Origin: Lentisphaeria bacterium
Lineage (GTDB): Bacteria; Verrucomicrobiota; Lentisphaeria; Victivallales; UBA1829
Assembly: GCA_003526375.1 (NCBI GenBank)
Contig: DPDG01000084.1
Span: forward strand, 369-64,368
Direction: 5' to 3'
DNA: 64,000 bases
The notes under the pieces were generated by a model, which saw only the letters and a program-made list of their open reading frames with translations, had not been told where the DNA came from and did no database searches. Shown piece by piece: positions 39,441 to 48,597 of the stretch (positions within the stretch are counted from its first letter, which is position 1; each line of letters starts with the position of its first letter). A program made the position numbers and the translations under genes.

Positions 39441-41698
39441 CTTTCGAACGCAAATACATTTCCGGGCGGATTCAGAATGAAATACCGTTCGCCAACAGAG
39501 AGCATTCTGCCTTTATCCGAGATCGTTTTCGCTCCTTCCGCCCTGATCCAGTTTCGGTCTATCATTTCTTCCAGCGCCTCGGCGCGTTCTGCCTTACTCG
39601 TTCCGTGGCTGGCGTAGTTGGATATGTCGCTCCAGCGTGCGCCCATTGGGAATTTCATGATCGCGCTCAGAATCCGCCGAAGCATGTGTTCCCGGTTTTT
39701 CGCGTATTCACCGATGTCCATGACATTGGAAAGCAGTTTTTCCGCATGGGCGAAAAACCACAGAACCAGTTTGCCTGCGCCATCCCAGCAGCGGTCGGTC
39801 AATTCGACCTGTCGGGTCTGTGTGGCGATGTCGTGTGTAATGGAGAGCATGATCGCCAGCCGGGGTCCATATTCATTGACCAGCCGCCGCCAGCTTGCAT
39901 CCAGCCGTTGGGGGACTTCCCGCTGAAACATCAAGGCAATGTCGTTCAGATAGAGTTCCGGAACGGCTACTACTCCTTCTTTGCGCCGGAAATGATCCAG
40001 ACAGATCACGATTTTTTCCAGTACGCGGTCACGGTCAAATATTGCCGGTCGCCCGAAAAAACGCGGCATCAGCGCCATCATGAACCGCCCTAGAAATCCG
40101 GAAGAAATGTCGGTCTGTTTGACGTAGCGTTCCAATACACCAGGCTGGATATTGGCATAAATATTGGGGTAAGCATAATTGCATTCCCGCGGGGGACCTC
40201 CGTTGCGCCGCGACAAGTTGACCTTGAAATAGCCCTTGGAGAAAGTCTCCGTAAGCATCGACGCCGCTTTGCTCAGGTAGTGCTTCGGGTCCAGATAATT
40301 CTGCATCTCCGAAATGTTCAGCAGCCCGTTGGGGATATTCACCAGCGCATCCAGAATTCCTTCCGCGCTGCCCGAGGTCCCGAGATTCCAACCGTAGTGA
40401 TCCATCGCCAGATCCAGCATATTGCCGATGTCTTTTCCGGATGCCGAATTACCGACAGTCAGCGCATAGATATTGCAGAACTGTCCGCCTGCAGTATCAA
40501 TCCGAAGGCGTGCCAGCGCTGGTCCCCGCTGGATGACATAGAGCAAATTGCCATGACCGGGATCAGATCCATTCGCTCGTTTTTCGCTGAGGGCACATCC
40601 GCAGCTGACAATCGCTTTCAGAATGGCCACCTCCAGCAGCAGCGGCGGAATCGTCGCACACGAAAACAGATTCACCAGATCGCCGAGAATTGTGTCATCC
40701 AGTACTGCCCGGATGTCGGCATTGTTCACTTCCTCCCACGGCCGCACCACCTTTTTCTCCGGCGGCACGATCAATTCGATCGACGCACTGTCTTCCTGTT
40801 TCACCTGACCGTATCCGGCCTGAAGCAGCGAGGACGCCGCAGCGGAAAAGTCTCCGCCGTGTTCCAGCAGGGAATAAACATGAAATGGCGAGTATCCATG
40901 TTCAAGTTCAAACGGCGCGGCATTCGATGAAAACACATAGAACACGCCGTCCTTGAGCGTGGCCGAATTGCCGCCCTCGGTCTTGCCGGGCCGCCGCCAG
41001 TATTCATTGCCGTCCGGCTGAATACCGAGCGAAGTCCAGCCATGTTTTTGCAGAACAGCGCGGATGTCGCCACGGGCGTTGAAATCATCGCCGGGGCGGT
41101 TCTCGGGATGTTCATCCGGGCATTCGGTCGGTTTGGGCATTCCCTGTTCCGGCTTTTCATTCATCTTCCACGCAGCGTTCAGCAGAGTCTCCCGCTCCTC
41201 CTTGGTCAGCATCGGCAGATGAGCGTAGTCTCCCTGGACCAGTGTGTAACCGTCGCCAGGAGCGCAGAGGATCAGGCCGCCTTCGCCGCGGGTCTCGATC
41301 AGTGTCGTCTTTTTGCCGTCCCAATTCCCTTCGGCAAGTTTAATGTTGCCGCAGACCTCGTCCTGACAGCGATACGCCACATGGTATTCCCCGGATTGCG
41401 TCTGTTCGATGACCAGCCGCTCCAGCAGGTCGACGGGAATGGCGTCTTTCCATTTGGAATAGAGTTCGCCGTGATTGTCGAAATCGATGACTTCAAGATT
41501 GCCGGATACCTTGCCGCAGACAAGGCACTGTGCTTCGCGCAGCTCGGCAAACCAGCGCCGGACTTCATCTTCGGTCGGAAGCCGTGTCTGGAACTCGTTC
41601 CATTGCGGCAGACCGGGACGTTTCTGTGCCTTGTTTGCGGGCAGAACCGACAGACCCGCCATGAGATAGGCTTTTGCTTTTTCCCGTGAAACAGACAT
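39437..41698 (-). CDS. bifunctional primase-polymerase (PrimPol) N-terminal domain fused to a DUF3987-like helicase/ATPase region
   Basis: GGAGGA RBS. PrimPol motifs LEVIDFDN and TQSGEYHVAYRC. The C-terminal two thirds resemble DUF3987 (family call from recall). Confidence 0.8.
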   Translation of the reverse strand: MSVSREKAKAYLMAGLSVLPANKAQKRPGLPQWNEFQTRLPTEDEVRRWFAELREAQCLVCGKVSGNLEVIDFDNHGELYSKWKDAIPVDLLERLVIEQTQSGEYHVAYRCQDEVCGNIKLAEGNWDGKKTTLIETRGEGGLILCAPGDGYTLVQGDYAHLPMLTKEERETLLNAAWKMNEKPEQGMPKPTECPDEHPENRPGDDFNARGDIRAVLQKHGWTSLGIQPDGNEYWRRPGKTEGGNSATLKDGVFYVFSSNAAPFELEHGYSPFHVYSLLEHGGDFSAAASSLLQAGYGQVKQEDSASIELIVPPEKKVVRPWEEVNNADIRAVLDDTILGDLVNLFSCATIPPLLLEVAILKAIVSCGCALSEKRANGSDPGHGNLLYVIQRGPALARLRIDTAGGQFCNIYALTVGNSASGKDIGNMLDLAMDHYGWNLGTSGSAEGILDALVNIPNGLLNISEMQNYLDPKHYLSKAASMLTETFSKGYFKVNLSRRNGGPPRECNYAYPNIYANIQPGVLERYVKQTDISSGFLGRFMMALMPRFFGRPAIFDRDRVLEKIVICLDHFRRKEGVVAVPELYLNDIALMFQREVPQRLDASWRRLVNEYGPRLAIMLSITHDIATQTRQVELTDRCWDGAGKLVLWFFAHAEKLLSNVMDIGEYAKNREHMLRRILSAIMKFPMGARWSDISNYASHGTSKAERAEALEEMIDRNWIRAEGAKTISDKGRMLSVGERYFILNPPGNVFAFES

Positions 41699-41752
41699 TT
41701 TTCCTCCATCGTTTCATTGTTGTGAATGGTTATCTTTTTGACGGCCGCATAT

Positions 41753-42082
41753 TCAGCAGGCCAGTCGCTTCAGAATGTCGTCGATTTTTTCCATGACAGA
41801 TTTTTTTATCAAGGCGAGTTCCGCATCCGAATACCGGACCGATGGGTAATATTTCAGCTCGAAGTCCACTGCTTTTTTCATTGCCAAAAGAATCTCATCG
41901 GGGAAATTTTCCATCCGGATTTCCTTTATGAGTCGCAGCTGTTCCTCCGGGGAGATTTTTACATCTTCTGGGAAATCATCTTTATTCCCGGCAGTTTTTC
42001 CGTCCAAAATCCCTTTGGGGGAACTGAACGATTTGTTCCTTTTCAGCTGGTCCGCATTCATCATTTCAACTTCATTACGCAT
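41753..42082 (-). CDS. hypothetical protein
   Basis: 109-aa ORF co-oriented between the 230-aa ORF and the PrimPol gene. No recognised family. Confidence 0.5.
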   Translation of the reverse strand: MRNEVEMMNADQLKRNKSFSSPKGILDGKTAGNKDDFPEDVKISPEEQLRLIKEIRMENFPDEILLAMKKAVDFELKYYPSVRYSDAELALIKKSVMEKIDDILKRLAC

Positions 42083-42212
42083 TACATTACCTTGTGGTTG
42101 TTTTTGAAAATTATTCGGGGGTCTTTGTCAAACAGGGATGCAATATCGTTGATTTCTTGCAATCCCTGCTTGACAAATTCGACAGAATCGACAGAATTGC
42201 CGATTCCTATCC

Positions 42213-42905
42213 TCAGGCGTCGGAGAAAACGCAGTGGAGGATGTTCCCGATGCGGATCACCATGAAGGATTCACTCCGTCCGCTGTTCTGGATCCGTTTC
42301 AGAACGTCTTCGAAATACGGCGAGAGCTGGTATCCTTTTTCCAGCACTATGACAATCCGGTCCGGTTGGATGGGATAAATCTTGACCTCGGTCATTTCCC
42401 TGGAATACTTTTTCTTGAATTCTTCCACGCTCAGGTCATCCCATTTGCCGTCATGGAAAAATCCAACAGACTCCACGGTGTCGCTGTTCACCGGGATATG
42501 GTCGAGGGAACAATACCATTCCGCCGAGGCTGCACCCTGTTTGTGACCGATTGTTTCCATGCCCCGGCAGATCTCCTTCTTCTCGCCGCTCTTTTCCACG
42601 AAGTCGTTCCAGGTGAGAAGCGGAATACTGTTTTTTACCTTGATGCGGAAAGCGCCCAGCTTTTCCGCGTGTTCCCGCAAGCCGCCCTTGATCTTCATAA
42701 CGGTGTTTTCCCAGACCGGATTCGCCGACAGCCAGACGGCGGTTGCCTGTCCTTCATAATACTTGAATTCTTTGAAGATGACTTTCGTTGTCAGGATGGC
42801 GACGATTTTTTCCCAGCCCGCAGTGTAGTGATAGAGCGCGGGACGGGTCTGATTTTCGTTGCCAGTGGTGCTGACAGTGCTGGTGACGATGGTGCTTTCG
42901 TTCAT
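42213..42905 (-). CDS. hypothetical protein
   Basis: 230 aa with an AGGAG RBS. It is the first gene of the minus-strand PrimPol operon. No recognised family. Confidence 0.6.
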   Translation of the reverse strand: MNESTIVTSTVSTTGNENQTRPALYHYTAGWEKIVAILTTKVIFKEFKYYEGQATAVWLSANPVWENTVMKIKGGLREHAEKLGAFRIKVKNSIPLLTWNDFVEKSGEKKEICRGMETIGHKQGAASAEWYCSLDHIPVNSDTVESVGFFHDGKWDDLSVEEFKKKYSREMTEVKIYPIQPDRIVIVLEKGYQLSPYFEDVLKRIQNSGRSESFMVIRIGNILHCVFSDA

Positions 42906-43061
42906 GTTTTGCTCCTGTTTTTGAGAATTTTTTTATGTCGATGAAGAGAGTGGACAGTAGATGTCCATTTGCCTGTGATATCTTATATTCGCAAACAAAG
43001 GAACACTTACCGGCGAGGTGCGTCATCAGCTTCGTGCCTTGCATTCACAGGATAGGGGAAA

Positions 43062-43186
43062 GTTATGTTCGGTTATGTTTGGAAATCCGGTTTCGGAAAA
43101 CCTGTTTGAGCACGAGACCGTTCCTGTTTGAGGCGGGAAAATTTTTGAAAAAAACAGCCGCGTTATGTTTTGCGTTATGTTTGGAA
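43062..43186. repeat. duplicated module GTTATGTT-N(2-4)-GTTATGTTTGGAA, two copies about 100 bp apart
   Basis: Copy 1 is at 43062-43084 and copy 2 at 43162-43186. Both lie in the divergent promoter region between the PrimPol operon and the sigma-factor gene. Confidence 0.7.
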
Positions 43187-43196
43187 GGGACAAGAG

Positions 43197-44210
43197 ATGT
43201 TTTTTGAGGATTATGATGCCGGTTTGGAAAAGCATTGCAGAGAACTGGAGAGCGGTGCGAGAGGCATAACCGGGGCGGAAGAAAAGGAATTGTTCGGCAA
43301 GTTTTTCGGACAGGATCCGGAAAAACTGGCCGCGGAGGCATTGTCCGCCCGAGATCAGATCATCAATGCGAATACGGATCTGGCGGTTGCCCTGGCGACC
43401 AAGTATGCCTATTCCCGCGAAATGCCGAAGGGTGAACTGGTCTCCGAGGCGACCTTTGCGCTGATCACGGTGGTGAACAAGTATAATCCCGAGGTGAAAT
43501 CCGGGTCTTTCCGCTCCTATGCCGCCTCCGTGATCATACATGCGTTGAAGAAATACTGCTGGGAACACAATCGGATTATATCCATCCCCCGGGATGAAGT
43601 CCGCCAGATGTATGCCATTCATAAAGCGGAAGAAAAACTTGTTGCCGAATTTCAGCGGAAACCGACATCAGCGGAACTCGCGCAAGAGTGCGGAATGACG
43701 GAAAAGCATGTGAGAAGATTGCGGCGTATTCCATTTGACGTCGAATCCTATGATCGGATAATTGCCGGAACGGGGGAGAAAGTTGAGGAAATCGGTGATG
43801 ACGAGAAAGAGCCGCTGACGCTTGCGGTTCAAATTTCAAAGGATGAAGAAGGAATACATTTTCCTCCCAGCACACGCGTCACGTACGGCGATTCTTTGAG
43901 GATGCTGCGTTGGGAACTGAGAAAACTGGATCGATTCCAGTATAATGTGATCAAGTATCGTTTCAATCTGGGGCGGTTCCAGGGAATCACAGCTTTGGAG
44001 GAGCCGCCTCTTTCTGTACAGGACATTTGCCTCGTTCTGAATTGCACCCGCGGTCTGCTGATCAGGACCAAATACGCGGCTTTGCGGAAACTGCGGCAGG
44101 AGATCATAGCCCGTTTCAAGGAAGAGTTCGGCGTTGATCGAATCACGCCCGGATTGCAGGAAAAAGTCTTGGCGGCGGAACGCGCCGACGAGCGGGCCGG
44201 TCAGTTTTGA
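43197..44210 (+). CDS. sigma-70 family RNA polymerase sigma factor (island-encoded)
   Basis: ATG at 43197 with a GGAAGGGA RBS. Region 2 (NTDLAVALATKYAY..., FRSYAASVIIHALKKY), region 3-like, and region 4 HTH (SVQDICLVLNCTRGLLIRTKYAALRKLR). Confidence 0.85.
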   Translation: MFFEDYDAGLEKHCRELESGARGITGAEEKELFGKFFGQDPEKLAAEALSARDQIINANTDLAVALATKYAYSREMPKGELVSEATFALITVVNKYNPEVKSGSFRSYAASVIIHALKKYCWEHNRIISIPRDEVRQMYAIHKAEEKLVAEFQRKPTSAELAQECGMTEKHVRRLRRIPFDVESYDRIIAGTGEKVEEIGDDEKEPLTLAVQISKDEEGIHFPPSTRVTYGDSLRMLRWELRKLDRFQYNVIKYRFNLGRFQGITALEEPPLSVQDICLVLNCTRGLLIRTKYAALRKLRQEIIARFKEEFGVDRITPGLQEKVLAAERADERAGQF

Positions 44211-44334
44211 AGCTCGGTATTATTTTTGATTCTGAAGATGAACATGTTAGTTTGAGGTCACAAGTGATCTCAAACGGAAATGAGGAAGTTATGTCCGGTC
44301 GTGTCGGCAGACGCTTTCGCCCGGTGGGAAATTT

Positions 44335-44619
44335 TTATTGGGTGGCAGACGGTTTCTGTATGTCTTCCATTACGCTCTGCGCCAGCATGATTGCCTTGGG
44401 CATGGAAATAGGATGTTCGTTGCTCAACTCCAGCTGAAGCAGCTGTGCGGCGGCTGGAAGAGGATACAGAAGTGCGTTGTATTTTCCCCGGCCCGCCGGA
44501 GTATATCCCGATTGCTTCTTCCTCATCCGTTCATTGAGATTGGTGATTTCCTGTTCGTAGTTGCCTTTCCCGCAATCGCTGGTGCTGTAATAACGCCGGG
44601 CAAGCCGCTTCAACGACAC
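44335..44619 (-). CDS. hypothetical 94-aa protein
   Basis: It overlaps the upstream 287-aa gene by 10 nt (operon-like). It competes with plus-strand ORF 44207..44437. Confidence 0.4.
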   Translation of the reverse strand: MSLKRLARRYYSTSDCGKGNYEQEITNLNERMRKKQSGYTPAGRGKYNALLYPLPAAAQLLQLELSNEHPISMPKAIMLAQSVMEDIQKPSATQ

Positions 44620-45473
44620 TCCTTTCTTCTGATCGGTGGTCTCGGGGCGTGTTCCGCGCGGATGTGTCTGTTCAGGGCATCAATCAGCTGCGAAATGTCC
44701 GTCCCGGTCTTTTTTCCAAAATATTGTTCTTCCAGATGAGGTAGGATATGGGCGGCGTCCATGATCAGGGTGACGACTTCAAATGCGACCGTCCATAAAT
44801 CATGCCCGTTTTCGGGACACCAGGAAAAACCTTCGTCATCATACTGTTTTTTTATCGGGAAGTAAAGCCGTTCCTGACATCTCGCAAGCGCCTGGTAAAA
44901 TGTTATCAGCGGGTCGTTGCAAATTCCTTTGAGGAAGTAAAATATAGGATACGGGCCGGTTTCCGTTTCGATGTCCTCGCAAAAGAGCTTCGGGGCTGCA
45001 TAATGTTTGCGCAGAACAGCACGATATTCCGGACAATGATGCCCGACGGTTTGCAGAAGATGCGGAAAAAAGCGGCAGATGTTATATTCTATAAAATTTG
45101 AAATTTGGGAATCATTTTTGCCAATAGCGTCCCGGACGAGTTTGATCCCGTTGAGGATTTCGGGATCGTTCCGCCAGGAAGTATCTTTGCAAAAGGGGCA
45201 GTCCGCGCAATCCCTGTGGACATCGATCAAGCCAATGGTCGAGGTCGTCAAGTAACCGGTTTTCTGGTTGCATCGCATCTTCAGCCATGCAGCAACGCAG
45301 AGCGGTTCTTCGAATTTCCGGATCGCGGCAATGCATTCCTCAAAATCGGCGTTGACATCCAACTGATCATTTCTGAGATGAAGCTGAGCTGTTTGAATTT
45401 GCGTCACCAGATATTTGATGAAGCAGGACTCATCACGATCAAAACAAAATAATCCGCCATCATTAAATTTCAT
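44610..45473 (-). CDS. Cys-rich hypothetical protein (287 aa)
   Basis: ATG at 45473 preceded by a GGAGGG RBS (MKFNDGGLFCFDRDE...). 14 Cys residues, including CADCPFC. No recognised family. Divergent from the WYL regulator. Confidence 0.6.
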   Translation of the reverse strand: MKFNDGGLFCFDRDESCFIKYLVTQIQTAQLHLRNDQLDVNADFEECIAAIRKFEEPLCVAAWLKMRCNQKTGYLTTSTIGLIDVHRDCADCPFCKDTSWRNDPEILNGIKLVRDAIGKNDSQISNFIEYNICRFFPHLLQTVGHHCPEYRAVLRKHYAAPKLFCEDIETETGPYPIFYFLKGICNDPLITFYQALARCQERLYFPIKKQYDDEGFSWCPENGHDLWTVAFEVVTLIMDAAHILPHLEEQYFGKKTGTDISQLIDALNRHIRAEHAPRPPIRRKECR

Positions 45474-45721
45474 CTTTTTTCCCTCCATTCGAATGGTAGA
45501 TCCGGCTGATAGCAGTACACCTTCCGCGGCGGTGTGTATGTTTCTGTTTCTTTTGATGACCGATGGAACAACGCTAAAATTTTCTCCCACATGATGCGGC
45601 TGCCTTTCATTTTCGATTTGATTTTTGTTTCTGACCATAATATATTATGAGCAAGTAGACATCTTGTATCCACTCTGTGAATCCGTGATACAAAAATCGA
45701 AAAAAATTGGAGATACCCCGT

Positions 45722-46696
45722 ATGCCGCTGCAAAAATCCCAGATGCACCGCCTGATGCGAATTGCCGCACTGCTCAAGGAAAACCGTTACCCGAACTCGG
45801 AAACGCTGGTGAAGGAATTCCGGCGCATCGCCGTGGAGGAGGAATTGGAGATCGACTGCGGGAAAAAAACGATCCTGCGGGACATGAAGGTTCTGGAGGA
45901 AGAATTTCACTGTCCTCTTGCTTTTGACCGCGCCCGCAACGGCTACTATCTTCAGCATCACGGCTGGGATTTTATTGCCCCGGCCCTACTGGACGAAAAC
46001 GAGATGCTTGCAGCCGTCATCGGAGCGAGGATTGCGGAAGAAATCTTCCCGGCTCCCTTGAAAAACAAGATCCGCAATGCGGTGGACTATCTGCTCCAGA
46101 ACAACAATCCCGACTTTCTGGACACGGCCAACATGGAAAGTCTGAACATTCTTTCCGGACTGTATGCGAATCTGGAGCCCGACATTTTCATGACGGTCTT
46201 TCAGGGCTGGCTGACCCACCACTGTGTCAGAATTGACTATGCGGACTGGCGGGGACAGATTTCAAAACGTGTCATCGAACCGCACACGCTGGTCTTTTTC
46301 AACAATTCCTGGTACAGCAAAGCGTTTTGCCATGAGAAAAAACAGCCTCGCACGTTTTCTCTGCAAAGAATCAAAAGCGCGGAACTTCTGAAGGGGACAT
46401 TCGAGCCTGACAAGGAGATCATCGCCTCGGTCAATCCGGATGATTTTTTCAGCTTTGAAAAAGTCCAAAACGTAAAGCTGCATGCGGACAAATACGCGCT
46501 TGATCGCCTGAAGGCATTTCCTTTGCACAGCGGACAGGTCATCCATGATGACGGCACGGTCGAAATCCCGGCAGTCGCCAAAGAAGTCCTGTTTCCGTTT
46601 CTTTTCTCCCAGGAAGGAAATGTCAAAATTCTGGAACCGGTTGCCCTGAAGAAAGAATTCAAAGCAAAACTGCGGAAAATTCTCGACAACTGCTGA
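45722..46696 (+). CDS. HTH + WYL-domain transcriptional regulator (BrxR/CapW-like architecture)
   Basis: ATG at 45722 with a GGAGA RBS. N-terminal wHTH (RLMRIAALLKENRYPNSETLVKEF), central WYL-type domain (VFFNNSWYSKAFCHEKKQPRTFSLQRI), and a C-terminal extension. Confidence 0.8.
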   Translation: MPLQKSQMHRLMRIAALLKENRYPNSETLVKEFRRIAVEEELEIDCGKKTILRDMKVLEEEFHCPLAFDRARNGYYLQHHGWDFIAPALLDENEMLAAVIGARIAEEIFPAPLKNKIRNAVDYLLQNNNPDFLDTANMESLNILSGLYANLEPDIFMTVFQGWLTHHCVRIDYADWRGQISKRVIEPHTLVFFNNSWYSKAFCHEKKQPRTFSLQRIKSAELLKGTFEPDKEIIASVNPDDFFSFEKVQNVKLHADKYALDRLKAFPLHSGQVIHDDGTVEIPAVAKEVLFPFLFSQEGNVKILEPVALKKEFKAKLRKILDNC

Positions 46697-47098
46697 GAGG
46701 GCATAATCCGATCCGAAGACCGAGACGTCTTTGAGGTTTCCGGAGAATGTCGCGGCGATTGGCGGTCAGGCAGGGTGGCAAATTGGCCCCGGATTTTTGA
46801 AAAAATCGGGTATTTTTTCTGGACCGACGTCTGAGGTCTCCTGTTCGAATCCCACATGGCAGCCGTTTTTCAGAGTCTCTGAAGTGTCTGAGTTCACTCT
46901 GCTTTTTCGGGCATATGCCGTTGAACTCTTTACTGCATAAATCGTTGTGACAGAAACAACCTCTCTCCGAAAACACACAAAAGCCCCGAAACAGAGAGTT
47001 TTCGAAGCTCCCAGAGATGTCAGATGTGTGTTTCCGTCCCGGCAGAAGCGGGGGGCAGAGAATCTTCAGTCTCCAGCGAATCGGGAGAAAGTGCGATG

Positions 47099-48340
47099 TC
47101 AGTCAAGCACTTTGCGGCAGAGTTTGCCGATCTCCCACGCGATACTCTCGTATATGCCGCAGGGATGGAACGCATTAAGCTCGTCTACCAGTGTCTGCGC
47201 CGTCCGGGGCAGCGCTTCCGCCAAGCGGGACAGTTCCACCAGCACCAGTTTGGGATTGAGATCGCAGCGCAGGGCCAGTTCTGCGAAGTGGTCTCTGGTC
47301 AGCACCCCCATTCGTGTTTCGCCGCCGATGCTCATGGCAAAACGTTTGGCAATGGAGTCGTAAACCATCGTCGAGAGCAGGTCATACGCCGGGGCGAACG
47401 ACGGCCGACCGTTCCGGTAGAGCACGGCGTAGTTCTTGGCGTGGGCGTCGCAGTTGCCGGTGAGAAAGTTGAAGATGAGCAGCCGGATGAAGCTCAATTT
47501 CCCCGCTGCGGGCATTTTGATCTCGGTCATCCTGCGCATGCACTCCTCCACGCCCGGACCGCCGTCCTCCTGATACTTGTGTTTCGGCGGCACGTTCAGC
47601 AGCTGGCAGAAGTCCTCCTGATGCAGGCGCACGGTAATGTCGTCCACCGTCTCGCGGTCAAAGCGTGTCACGGTATAAAACGGTTCGTCATTCAGCGTCA
47701 GAATATCGCACTCCGCTGCCTGGATGCCGCACTTTTGTGCGAGCCTCATGCAGAAGAACTCGTTGAACACGCTGTCGGGGAAGTTCGGAATCGCCGGTTT
47801 GATAATGTGCGTGGAGGGCGTTCCGTAAAGCGGCAGGGAGATTTTTCCGTTGCGGACGCAGGCTACCAGTTTTTCCTGCGACCCTGCGCCGGAGATGCGG
47901 ACCCCTTCGTCGCCGACGTCCAGCGGCCGCTGACCGAGGTTGTCCAAGATGCGGTATGCTTCATCACCGGAAAGGTCGCGGTAAACGGGATTTTTCAAAG
48001 ATTGCGGCGTCTGCCCCGCCGGATAGAATGACACCGCACCTGCGCAGTCCGCGCCGATCCGCTTCAGCATCCCGAAGGTGTTGTCCTCGGAAACATGGAG
48101 GATCATCGCCACCGTGGCGCGGATACGCTCGTCGGGCAGCAGATTGGAGAAGAAGTTCTCCACCGCGGGATCGTGGAAAACCTCGTCCGTCAGCGGCAGA
48201 TTCTGCGACAGCGGATAGGCGTCGGGCGAGCGCAGATACTCTGTCGAGTAGGCAAACGACATCGCGCCGTTGTCCTGCGACAGCGTCCCGATGCGGTCCG
48301 TGTTCAGAAACACATGAAGTTCATCGTGGATGTCGGACAT
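47099..48340 (-). CDS. hipA: HipA-family serine/threonine kinase toxin
   Basis: 413 aa. N-terminal LHVFLNTDRIGTL, SGAGSQEK, and catalytic loop GNCDAHAKNYAV. Confidence 0.9.
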   Translation of the reverse strand: MSDIHDELHVFLNTDRIGTLSQDNGAMSFAYSTEYLRSPDAYPLSQNLPLTDEVFHDPAVENFFSNLLPDERIRATVAMILHVSEDNTFGMLKRIGADCAGAVSFYPAGQTPQSLKNPVYRDLSGDEAYRILDNLGQRPLDVGDEGVRISGAGSQEKLVACVRNGKISLPLYGTPSTHIIKPAIPNFPDSVFNEFFCMRLAQKCGIQAAECDILTLNDEPFYTVTRFDRETVDDITVRLHQEDFCQLLNVPPKHKYQEDGGPGVEECMRRMTEIKMPAAGKLSFIRLLIFNFLTGNCDAHAKNYAVLYRNGRPSFAPAYDLLSTMVYDSIAKRFAMSIGGETRMGVLTRDHFAELALRCDLNPKLVLVELSRLAEALPRTAQTLVDELNAFHPCGIYESIAWEIGKLCRKVLD

Positions 48341-48346
48341 GCCTCA

Positions 48347-48577
48347 TCACTCCTTGTCGTAGGGGCTGCGGATAAGCATATCGACGCCGAGCGTTTCGAG
48401 GACGCGCAGCATCTTGCCGATGTGACACGTCTCCTTGCCGTTTTCCAAGTCGCTGATGAAACGGACGCCAGTATTCGCCAGCCCGGCGAGCTGTGCCTGC
48501 GTGACCTTCTGCGCCCGGCGCAATTCGCGCACCTTTCGCCCTAGCGCCGCGCAATCCTGAATCGTGTCCTGGCCCAT
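48347..48577 (-). CDS. hipB: HipB-like XRE-family HTH antitoxin
   Basis: ATG at 48577 with a GGAGG RBS. LRRAQKVTQAQLAGLANTGVRFISDLENGK. It ends 6 nt before hipA. Confidence 0.8.
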   Translation of the reverse strand: MGQDTIQDCAALGRKVRELRRAQKVTQAQLAGLANTGVRFISDLENGKETCHIGKMLRVLETLGVDMLIRSPYDKE

Positions 48578-48597
48578 GATCCAACCTCCATTTGTTA

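Noticed and set aside
44207-44437. 76-aa plus-strand ORF starting at a TTG that overlaps the sigma-factor stop
   Set aside because: It has a weak start and no RBS, and it overlaps the minus-strand 94-aa ORF that is operon-coupled to the upstream gene. Only one can be real, and the minus-strand one is slightly better supported. Neither is certain.
46788-46818. AT-rich hairpin CCGGATTTTT..AAAAATCGGG followed by T6, considered as the WYL-gene terminator
   Set aside because: The stem is mostly A:U with a bulge and an almost absent loop, and it lies about 90 nt past the stop. It is too weak to list as a feature.
46844-46864. tRNA gene suggested by a TTCGAATCC T-loop-like string
   Set aside because: There is no complementary 5' T-stem or 5' acceptor strand within 120 nt upstream, so no cloverleaf can be drawn. 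It is kept only as a possible att-site remnant.
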